Shown here: positions 17,650 to 26,418 of the stretch, one piece after another
Layout of the letters: each line of letters begins with the position of its first letter
Numbering within the stretch: position 1 is the first letter of the stretch
NCBI GenBank assembly: GCA_019058315.1
Contig: JAHPZH010000008.1
Location: 1-64,000 of the forward strand
Source of the DNA: Candidatus Helarchaeota archaeon
GTDB taxonomy: Archaea > Asgardarchaeota > Lokiarchaeia > Helarchaeales > RDOG01
Length of the DNA stretch: 64,000 bases
Direction: 5' to 3'
Position numbers and translations under genes: made by a program
Notes under the pieces: model-generated
What the model was told of the DNA's origin: nothing
The model's database searches: none
Seen by the model: the letters and a program-made list of their open reading frames with translations, nothing else

Positions 17650-20583
17650 CTAATATAAAATGTTAATTATTTTATTTAAATATGAGATTATTATCCTCCT
17701 CACATTTATTACCGCTTTTCTATCCTTTATTTCATCATGTACTGAACCTACTCTAGAAGCATTAATAAATTCACAGCTGTCTTTAATTATTTTTATGTCT
17801 GCTTGACTGAAACTCTTTTTTATTTTATCTTTTAACTCATCTACAATAGGAGTTGACTTCTTATCTATATTTTTTATAAGATAAACCCATTGACCTAGTG
17901 TGATGGTTTTATTATATTTAAATACTTTTTTAAAATGGGTAGGGAGTGGTTTAAAATATTTTTGCGGTATTAGATTATTGTATTTCTTTAATACCTCATT
18001 TTTAAAATCAATCATTATTTTATCATGGAGTATATTTTCTAAACCCTTTGCATATTGCATTAAAATTGAAGAAAAATCCAGACCTATATTATCTTCCTTT
18101 AAATTTTTCACAAGATGTTCTGCTGTGTATAAAATACTTTTTATTTTATCAGATGTGATAGATTTTACGTTAATTATATCCCTTGCTAATTCTTCATACT
18201 CCAACTTCTTTAATTTTAAAGAATTTTTCTGATCTTCAGGAGCATATTTTATAGCCTTTTTCAAACATTCAATTGCTTTTATAAAGTTTAATTTGTAACT
18301 ATATGATGATCCCATATTTTTTAGAGCATTGACATATTTAGGATTTAAATCTAAAGCTTTTTCATAATATTCAATAGCTTTTTCGTGTAAATTTTGATCT
18401 GCGTAATTTGATCCCAGACTATTTAAAACCATTGCTTTAAAAATATTAGTATTTGCATTTGTTAACGCGATTTCAAAATTTTTTCGCCCCTCCTCAAAGA
18501 AGCCCAAATTCGTTAATTCAATGGAGATATCATTGTAGAAATTTCCTTTTGAATAATATTTAGGAATTATAGAGCTTAATTTGGTTATTATACTATCTAA
18601 AGTTTTTAAATGATTATTTTTTATTAGTTGTCTCAAGAAATCGCGAAGTAGATAATATAAATCTACCTCTCCTTCCATCTTCAATCTAATTGCTATTGCT
18701 ACATCTTTAATCCCTTCATCAATTTTTCCATTAATAATTTTTATAATACCTGGATAAATATAACCGTTAATTTCTTCTTTATTCTCTTTATTTAACAAAT
18801 TAAAATACTTTAAAGCTGAAGGAAAATCTCCTTTAGTAAAATACGTAACTCCTATATTGGTTAAAATCCGAAAATCTTTTTTTATTTGTTGTGCTTTTTT
18901 AAACCATTTAACTGCCTCATCAAATTGAAATGAGTTAAAAAGTTGAGTTCCTTTTACTAAATATCCGTCAAATTCTTTATTATTTTCAAAATCCTTCAAA
19001 AAATCTACATCTAATTTACCATCATCAAGTATAATCGCAGCATTTAATGAATTAAGCCTGTTATTAATATAACCTACTCTCTCACCCAATATATTTTCAT
19101 CATATTCTAACATTCTACTTAAATAAAAATATTCTTTTTCAAAATCTTTAATCCTCCTAAACGACATCGCCAGATTCATCAATATAGCAGCTTGTCCCAT
19201 CTTTGAATATTGATTTATTGAATCTTTTATAAGATTATATAACTTTTTTGCCTTTCTTACATTTCCAAGTTTATAATAAACTTCTGCAATATTTTTTAAA
19301 GTAATTAATATTCGATACCTCTTCAATTCTTTCTTTTCAGGACTATATTTCACATTCCTATAAATACCTCCAAAAGTTTCCACGAGTTTATCAATATTTT
19401 CCGGTTGATCAAGCTCATCTTGCATTAAATCTTCATCCATATTCATCAAAATATTTAAAGATTCGAAATAATTTATTAAGGCGTTTTTATAATCCCCTAA
19501 ATCTCTATGTGCTGTGGCTAAATTGTCATATCCTTGAAACTTATCTAGATCATTTCTACTCTTATCTAAGGAGAATTTTGCAATTTCTTTCGTTTCTTCT
19601 AGAAACCCATTGTTATACAAATAATAGTTTAAATTTTTCAATCCAATGAGTCCTTCTTCCTTACTATAGATACGATTTATAAAATCTTGATTTATAGCAA
19701 ATGGATATAAATCATTAATCATTTTCTCTTTTTGAGCAATACTCTTCTCATTAAACCAAATGGCTGAAGCAATCGATACAATATCATTAAAAAATTTATT
19801 TACGACCGCCATTTTTTCCAAATTAGGTTTTCCATATTCAGCTATGATATCATCAATAATTTCTTTATGAATAAATGAAGACAATTGTTTTGAAGATATA
19901 AATCTACTTAACATATGAGCTGATTGACGATAATTCCTTTGATAAAGTGGTTCAAATTTGATTTTTTTCGTAATATATCGAAAACCCATATATTTCCAAT
20001 GTTCGAGATGAACTGATCCTTTATATGGTGATAATGAGCCAAATAACATATAATCTACATTAATTCCGGTAAGATGATCAATATATAATATTCTTATAGC
20101 TTCAAATTCTAGATCATTTCCCTTTTTTAAAGCCTCTCTCATTTTAAATCTAAGAAAATTAAAAAGGACTTTTTGAATTTCTCTAGATTTAATGAGTCGT
20201 TCTTTATTATTATCATCAACTCTCGTTATGACTGGATGGAATTGGATTTTTTCTATATCTGTCTGATCCTTTGACTTTTCTTCTATTATATTAAAAATAT
20301 CCTCATTCACGTTATCAACATATTCACTTATTACCCTCTTAACATATTTTTTTACTTTTTTTTGTATTGTAGTATCATTCCCAACTTGTTCACACAGATA
20401 CAAGTTAAAACCAGGGTCCATTAACCTTCTTAATAAAAACACGTTATATAATTTTAAATGCATTAACAATTCTGGTTTCTTATCATCAGGTAACTCATCA
20501 AGTTGTTCTAATATCCTTTTATACCGATCAATGGTAAAAATTAACCATAAATTGTATTGAATTAAATCTAATTTTTTTGAAAT
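17650..20583 (-). CDS. TPR-repeat protein with C-terminal HEPN-like (RxxxxH) domain
   Basis: Many TPRs (e.g. LNSLGSNYADQNLHEKAIEYYEKALDLNPKY); C-terminus DFSSILMQYAKGLE...TLGQW...SRVGSVH; frame open upstream to ATT 20583 preceded by GGAGGT. Confidence 0.75.
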   Translation of the reverse strand: MSKKLDLIQYNLWLIFTIDRYKRILEQLDELPDDKKPELLMHLKLYNVFLLRRLMDPGFNLYLCEQVGNDTTIQKKVKKYVKRVISEYVDNVNEDIFNIIEEKSKDQTDIEKIQFHPVITRVDDNNKERLIKSREIQKVLFNFLRFKMREALKKGNDLEFEAIRILYIDHLTGINVDYMLFGSLSPYKGSVHLEHWKYMGFRYITKKIKFEPLYQRNYRQSAHMLSRFISSKQLSSFIHKEIIDDIIAEYGKPNLEKMAVVNKFFNDIVSIASAIWFNEKSIAQKEKMINDLYPFAINQDFINRIYSKEEGLIGLKNLNYYLYNNGFLEETKEIAKFSLDKSRNDLDKFQGYDNLATAHRDLGDYKNALINYFESLNILMNMDEDLMQDELDQPENIDKLVETFGGIYRNVKYSPEKKELKRYRILITLKNIAEVYYKLGNVRKAKKLYNLIKDSINQYSKMGQAAILMNLAMSFRRIKDFEKEYFYLSRMLEYDENILGERVGYINNRLNSLNAAIILDDGKLDVDFLKDFENNKEFDGYLVKGTQLFNSFQFDEAVKWFKKAQQIKKDFRILTNIGVTYFTKGDFPSALKYFNLLNKENKEEINGYIYPGIIKIINGKIDEGIKDVAIAIRLKMEGEVDLYYLLRDFLRQLIKNNHLKTLDSIITKLSSIIPKYYSKGNFYNDISIELTNLGFFEEGRKNFEIALTNANTNIFKAMVLNSLGSNYADQNLHEKAIEYYEKALDLNPKYVNALKNMGSSYSYKLNFIKAIECLKKAIKYAPEDQKNSLKLKKLEYEELARDIINVKSITSDKIKSILYTAEHLVKNLKEDNIGLDFSSILMQYAKGLENILHDKIMIDFKNEVLKKYNNLIPQKYFKPLPTHFKKVFKYNKTITLGQWVYLIKNIDKKSTPIVDELKDKIKKSFSQADIKIIKDSCEFINASRVGSVHDEIKDRKAVINVRRIIISYLNKIINILY

Positions 20584-20732
20584 TTAATGGACCTCCCATT
20601 GAAATTTAATTTATAAAATAAATCATTTTATTTAATTTTAATGATCTTAAGAAGTACCTTTTAATGTTATATATCCATTTTTACTAAATATTTATAATAA
20701 AAATTAGTTTTAATTTTCAAACATACTAATTA

Positions 20733-21539
20733 GTGATTTTATTGAATGATTACAAAAAATATCCCGAAAGGAAATTTATAAATGAATTAATGAAAAAATT
20801 TTCTCTTAGAAATGATAATTTCAGATTTGATAAAAAAAAATACTTAATAAGCCTTAATTTATATAACATACCTTTAAAAAAAATCCCTATAGAAATCGGT
20901 TTTTTTTTAAAATTAAAGGAAATAAATCTAAGTAACACTTCTATTACAAAGATTGAAGGATTAGACAAATTTTCTCAATTAGAAAAATTATATCTCGAAC
21001 AGAATATCATTAACAAAATAGAGGGTTTAGAAAGACTATCCAATCTAACAACATTATATCTCCACTTCAATAAAATTAATAAAATAGAGGGATTGGATAA
21101 TTTAATAAAATTAAAAGTGTTATGGCTCTATAAAAACGAAATTAAACAGATTGAAAATTTAAACAATCTTCCTAATTTACAAGATTTAAACCTAGGTTGG
21201 AATCAAATAACGCAAATAGAAGGATTAGAAAAAATATCGCAATTAGAACGATTGCAACTTAATAATAATGATATTTCTAAGATAGAAGGGCTCGAAAATT
21301 TAACACAATTAAAATTCCTGAACCTTAACAAAAATAGAATTAGAAAGATGGTGGGGTTAAATAAAAATTTAGAATTACAATATTTATATCTCAAAAAAAA
21401 TCGAATAACAAAAATAGAAGGATTAAATAGTCTTTTTAAATTAGATAAAATAGAACTCGATGGTAATTCTTTAAATAAAGAACATAAGGAAATAATTGAC
21501 AGAGGTATAGGGGCAATACACGAAAATTTTATAGAGAAG
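20733..21539 (+). repeat. Copy B of duplicated LRR module
   Basis: See copy A; homology ends sharply after RGIGAIHENFIEK. Confidence 0.9.
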
Positions 21540-22109
21540 ATAATTAACGAAAAACAAGAGAAAAAGGGAATTAATAAACTCAATCTTAAAGATTATGAAG
21601 AAATAATAGTAATAATTTATAGAATTGGATTAGAAATGCAAAGACATCCAAAACAATTTTTTAAATTGAAAGAACCTGAACTTCGTAATGAATTATTAGT
21701 TCACCTCAATATACATTATAAAGGGGCAGCTACAGGTGAAACAATTAATAATAACGGAAAAACAGACATTTTAATTAGGAGAGACAATAAAAATATTTTA
21801 ATTGCAGAATGTAAAATTTGGAGGGATGAAGCATGGTTAATAAAGGGAATAAAACAATTATTAGGGTATCTTACATGGGAAGACATAAATACTGCCATAA
21901 TCCTATTTTGTAAAAATAAAAAATTAACTCCTATTATAAAAAAAGCAAGAGAAATTCTTGAAAATCATACTTGTTATGAAAAAAAATGTGAATTCATAGA
22001 AGATGAATTAAAAAATGAAAAAATAATTTTATATAAATTTCATAATTCTGATGATTTTGATAAAAAATTGAATTTAACATTAATTGTTATCCATATACCC
22101 GATAATTAG
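20733..22109 (+). CDS. LRR protein with C-terminal PD-(D/E)xK restriction-endonuclease-like domain
   Basis: SDS22-type LRRs aa ~60-250; EPELRNELL...GETINNNGKTDILI...IAECKIW...GIKQLLGYLTW nuclease motif. Confidence 0.8.
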   Translation: MILLNDYKKYPERKFINELMKKFSLRNDNFRFDKKKYLISLNLYNIPLKKIPIEIGFFLKLKEINLSNTSITKIEGLDKFSQLEKLYLEQNIINKIEGLERLSNLTTLYLHFNKINKIEGLDNLIKLKVLWLYKNEIKQIENLNNLPNLQDLNLGWNQITQIEGLEKISQLERLQLNNNDISKIEGLENLTQLKFLNLNKNRIRKMVGLNKNLELQYLYLKKNRITKIEGLNSLFKLDKIELDGNSLNKEHKEIIDRGIGAIHENFIEKIINEKQEKKGINKLNLKDYEEIIVIIYRIGLEMQRHPKQFFKLKEPELRNELLVHLNIHYKGAATGETINNNGKTDILIRRDNKNILIAECKIWRDEAWLIKGIKQLLGYLTWEDINTAIILFCKNKKLTPIIKKAREILENHTCYEKKCEFIEDELKNEKIILYKFHNSDDFDKKLNLTLIVIHIPDN

Positions 22110-22323
22110 AAATAAGATATTGATATAATCTTCGTATTTTTTGAATTGATCAAGAAAAATTTATGCATCTAAATATTTACTTATTCTCTCGACAACTTAT
22201 AACAAGGATATTAGGTTGTGAAAAAAAATAAATAAGGAAAAAGTGAAAAATAAAAAAATCTATTAAAAAGGTAAAGGAGAGAATATAAAATTAATGAATT
22301 GATTATCGTGAATTATTTAATTT

Positions 22324-25300
22324 GTGGAGGTCATTATTTCTGATCAAAGGTTAGCCTGGAGTAATATGGATCATTATATTTTACATTTTTCGGATTTGCA
22401 CTTTGGAGAACTGTCCGTTAAAGAGGATGCAATAGTCCCCGAACAATTTCATGATTTTTATAGATCTTTGACTGATAAAATCAATGAAATTATTAAAAAA
22501 CACTCTCCAAGATTAATAATCATATCAGGAGATATTGGTTCAAAGGGAAAAGTAACAAGAGATACTTATTTAATTAAATTCTTCAAATTATTTTCAAATA
22601 AAGGGATCCCCATTCTCTTATGTGTTGGAAATCATGATTTGGATGAAACCGTTAAAGATTTTGTTCGCTATTCAGAATATACTAAATTAATCAATGAAAT
22701 AAACGATTCTATTCTAAACACCAAATTATCTAAAGATTTTAATGAAAATCAAGCTAGTTACATTTTTATTGAAGAAATTAATTCTATATTTTTTTCCATA
22801 AATTCTACAGTGAGTAATAAATATATAGAAATAGGAAAACATAATGTAACAGGAAAACCCATTTATGACTCAAACCTTTCAGATTCAGGACTTTTTTCAA
22901 TAGATCAATTAGTTAATTTTTTAGAAGAAATAAGGGGTGTTTTAAAGGAAAAATTTGATGATGTTGATAAATTTCTCGTCACTCATTATTCTATTGATAA
23001 ATTTAAAAGAAGTAAAGAACATATAAGATATCTCGAAAAACATAATGTAAAGGTAATTTTTTCAGGTCATGAACATAATTACGATTATTTTCCATATAAA
23101 ACTCTTCATAACTTTGTGGCAGGATCAATTTTAGTTAAATATAAACACAGACTTTCTTATGATCTATCAGTTTCAAATCCGCTTCAATTTAATTTATATA
23201 AACTTGATACAAATCAAAAGAATATACAATATTGGGTGATTTCAAAAGATCCGATAGAAGCAGATTGGAAATTAAAAGAACAAGGATCAATAAATTATTC
23301 ACTTCATCCAAAAAAAGAAATTGAGTCATCAGAAGATAACTATGATACTATTATGTCAATAAATGAAAAGAAATCTGAATATTTCCGTATATTAAAGACA
23401 GGTGGAACTAGAAGTGTAATTTATCATATAGATATTGAAGACAAAAAAGTTATCCCAATTAGAGAATTAACTTCTCATGTAGAAGACTTATTATTTAATA
23501 AAAACGAATGGGTGCTTATTTCAGGGGGTTCAGGTTTTTCAAAAACTACTACTGCAAAAATAGTTGCATTTAACCTTAAAACGAATGCTTCCTCTAAGGA
23601 TAAGATTTATATTAGATTCGCAGAAACTTCAACCGAGATACACGAATTCCTAGAATTTATTGAAAAAACAGATGAAAAATGGTTGTTAATTTTAGACGAT
23701 TTGCACCGTAAAGAATTTGGAGAATTAAAAGAAAGATTGAGTTCGATAACGGAATTTATTAATAAAAAATATCAACTCCATATTTTATCTCTATCAAGAG
23801 TTTCTAAAAAAGGATTATTTAAATTATGCGGGAATGATTCTAAGTGTCAGCAAATCATAAATTGTTTTCGAGAAGTTAAATGTGAAGATTTTCAAAATGA
23901 AATAGATAAAACAAAAGAAGAACTTGTAAAAAACTTTCTTAAATCAGAAAAAGAAGTTCCTTTACCTTTAATTAATGATATAAGTTCTAAAATTTTAAGT
24001 AGATTTGGTCAAGATTTTGTTACTATTGCCTTTGCACTTTGGGGAATAGAGCCAAAAATAGAAGATTTTCAAGCAGAACAAATTTTGTTGGGATTAAAAA
24101 AAGTTATTTTACAAGAATTAAATGAGGCTAAAGAAAGAATTTCAAGTTACAATATAACTGAACGCACATTTCTTCGTTGTTATATAGGTGTATGTTACGA
24201 AGCATTATTTGACGAATTAATTACCTTAAATCACTTCGAATTTGCAGAAAATAGTTCAGATCAGAATAAAGATAAACGTAATGACATTTTTATCACATTA
24301 GAAAGCTTAATTGATCAAGGCTTGCTTTATGAAAAAATCATTCCAGTTGAACCAAATTCTAAAACTTTTCACACAGTTTATGGATTAAAACACGCAGAAA
24401 TAGCTGAAATACATTTAAAAGCATTGCAAATAACTGAAGAATTCTTAGATGGATCTTATAAATGGTCTAATCTTTCAACACTTCGCCATTTTGAAGCACA
24501 TATCATAAAAGATTTCGATTTTGATTATTTTTTCAAGAATTTTACAAATTTAATATCTTTGGATCTATCTCATATGCAAATAAAACATTTACCAGAATCG
24601 ATCTCTAATTTAAAATCTCTTACAAAATTAAATTTATCAGATTGTTATTTAGAAAGTCTTCCTAAATCATTAGGTGATCTGCAATCACTCCAGGTTTTAT
24701 CCTTAATTCGAAATTTTTATTTAAATCACCTACCAGAATCCATTTGTAATTTAAAATTACTTAAAATTTTACAATTATCTTTTACTAATATTAGTTGTTT
24801 ACCTAAATTATTTGGTAATTTACAGTCGCTTGAAAAACTATTATTGACCAGATGTCAATTAAAGACTTTACCCAACTCATTTGGTGATTTAAAATCATTA
24901 AAAGATTTGGCTTTAGACAATAATGGATTAGAAACTATACCAAGCTCTTTTGGAAATTTGGATTCGCTCGAATCATTAGATTTAAAGAATAATAATTTGG
25001 AAACTCTTCCCAATTCTTTTGGAACCCTAATTTCTCTCAAATGGTTGAATCTGAGTTTAAATCAATTTAAAAATCTTCCTGAATTTTTTTGTGAGTTAAA
25101 AAAACTTGAAATTTTGTATTTATCTCTCAATACCAAATTAGAGTCTTTACCAAAATCTTTTGGAAAACTGGAAAACCTTCAACAATTATATATAAGCGAA
25201 ATTTATGGATTAAAAAACCTTCCGGACTCCTTTGGTAATTTAAAATCTCTTCAAAGACTTCAAATAATGGATACTTCTTTAGAGCGACTTCCAGAATCTA

Positions 25301-25452
25301 TATGTAACTTGCAATCTCTCAAAAAGATCAATTTAAGTAAGAATAAATCTTTAATCATCTCTAAGACAATTAAAACTTTTTTTGAAAATATTATAAAAAA
25401 TGGTGGAGAAGTCATTTTTCCTGAATCTAGTGAAAATTTTCTTCAGGAATAA
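22324..25452 (+). CDS. Metallophosphoesterase - STAND-like NTPase - LRR protein (NLR-like architecture)
   Basis: Calcineurin-like motifs SDLHFG, SGDI, VGNHD, THY, SGHEH; P-loop GGSGFSKTT and Walker B LLILDDLH; ~12 C-terminal LRRs of LPxS(F/I)xNLxxLxxLxL type; start may be ATG 22366. Confidence 0.85.
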   Translation: MEVIISDQRLAWSNMDHYILHFSDLHFGELSVKEDAIVPEQFHDFYRSLTDKINEIIKKHSPRLIIISGDIGSKGKVTRDTYLIKFFKLFSNKGIPILLCVGNHDLDETVKDFVRYSEYTKLINEINDSILNTKLSKDFNENQASYIFIEEINSIFFSINSTVSNKYIEIGKHNVTGKPIYDSNLSDSGLFSIDQLVNFLEEIRGVLKEKFDDVDKFLVTHYSIDKFKRSKEHIRYLEKHNVKVIFSGHEHNYDYFPYKTLHNFVAGSILVKYKHRLSYDLSVSNPLQFNLYKLDTNQKNIQYWVISKDPIEADWKLKEQGSINYSLHPKKEIESSEDNYDTIMSINEKKSEYFRILKTGGTRSVIYHIDIEDKKVIPIRELTSHVEDLLFNKNEWVLISGGSGFSKTTTAKIVAFNLKTNASSKDKIYIRFAETSTEIHEFLEFIEKTDEKWLLILDDLHRKEFGELKERLSSITEFINKKYQLHILSLSRVSKKGLFKLCGNDSKCQQIINCFREVKCEDFQNEIDKTKEELVKNFLKSEKEVPLPLINDISSKILSRFGQDFVTIAFALWGIEPKIEDFQAEQILLGLKKVILQELNEAKERISSYNITERTFLRCYIGVCYEALFDELITLNHFEFAENSSDQNKDKRNDIFITLESLIDQGLLYEKIIPVEPNSKTFHTVYGLKHAEIAEIHLKALQITEEFLDGSYKWSNLSTLRHFEAHIIKDFDFDYFFKNFTNLISLDLSHMQIKHLPESISNLKSLTKLNLSDCYLESLPKSLGDLQSLQVLSLIRNFYLNHLPESICNLKLLKILQLSFTNISCLPKLFGNLQSLEKLLLTRCQLKTLPNSFGDLKSLKDLALDNNGLETIPSSFGNLDSLESLDLKNNNLETLPNSFGTLISLKWLNLSLNQFKNLPEFFCELKKLEILYLSLNTKLESLPKSFGKLENLQQLYISEIYGLKNLPDSFGNLKSLQRLQIMDTSLERLPESICNLQSLKKINLSKNKSLIISKTIKTFFENIIKNGGEVIFPESSENFLQE

Positions 25453-25531
25453 TTTTTATCATAACTAGAATGTTCTTTATGACTGAAATTTTGCATTTTT
25501 TTTATTTTTTCTTTCGTTCTTATAATGATAA

Positions 25532-26086
25532 TTATATTTTAATATTGGTTTCTTTTTCAAAATATTTCAGTAATTTATAGAATTTTTCCTTGATCTTATT
25601 ATCAATATAAAAATTTTCTACTTCTCTCTCCACACTTTTTTTAATTTCTTTTGTAATTCCCGCCTGTCCTTTAAAGGTAATATATTTTTCAATTAATTGA
25701 TTAAGTTTAAAGATTAAATTATAAAATTCTATAAAATCTAGGACAATTTGTGGAGTTCCTAACTCTGGATTCAAGCCTTTTCCCATTACGAATCGCCAAT
25801 CACCATCCGTAAATTTTTTATTAAAATATTCGACAGAACCTTTTTTCTCTATTAATCCTTTATTGTATTTAAAATCATCAACTAATAGCATCAAGGATCT
25901 TTCCCTTTTTTTCTTTTCTCCAACTTTAATTTTCTTTAAATCCAAAATATGTCTTAGATAAAATGCTATAAAAGGCGTAACAAATGCTAGAATTACTGTC
26001 CAAACTTGAATCCATCCATTTCTATCAGAAATTATATTTGCTTCAATTTGAACCCATAATTGAACTAAAAATTGATCTAAATTCAA
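25532..26086 (-). CDS. Hypothetical protein with one N-proximal TM helix
   Basis: WIQVWTVILAFVTPFIAFYL hydrophobic segment then charged helical region; GGGTG upstream. Confidence 0.55.
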   Translation of the reverse strand: MNLDQFLVQLWVQIEANIISDRNGWIQVWTVILAFVTPFIAFYLRHILDLKKIKVGEKKKRERSLMLLVDDFKYNKGLIEKKGSVEYFNKKFTDGDWRFVMGKGLNPELGTPQIVLDFIEFYNLIFKLNQLIEKYITFKGQAGITKEIKKSVEREVENFYIDNKIKEKFYKLLKYFEKETNIKI

Positions 26087-26418
26087 TTCAAAACACCCTT
26101 TAACTTATTTTGATTCTTTCTAATTTTTTCTCCTTCCAAAAACTCATTCTCCTTTTTCAACCCATTCAAAAAACTGAAATTCATAAGAGGTTAACCCCCT
26201 TTTATCATCATTTTTGGAAGTATAGATTATTTCTTATTATATTTTCTTCGATTTATAATATTTTTTTTCTAGAACCGAAAATTTTACAGTGCTTCTTTTT
26301 TGTTCAATTTTTGATTAAATAAATTTACAAATATTAAAAAAATCTATAGTTATGATTAACAATAATTGAAATTATTATATCCAATTCTTGAATTTTTTGA
26401 CTTCTAATTCTTCAGGAA

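Noticed and set aside
24540-25350. Periodic DNA repeats that could suggest a CRISPR array or DGR
   Set aside because: Periodicity is LRR coding (~69-72 nt), degenerate and in-frame; no identical repeats with spacers, no reverse transcriptase, no adenine-specific TR/VR pair seen.
26110-26322. 70-aa + strand ORF and short - strand fragments
   Set aside because: Low-complexity Phe/Ile-rich translation typical of AT-rich non-coding DNA; no family support.
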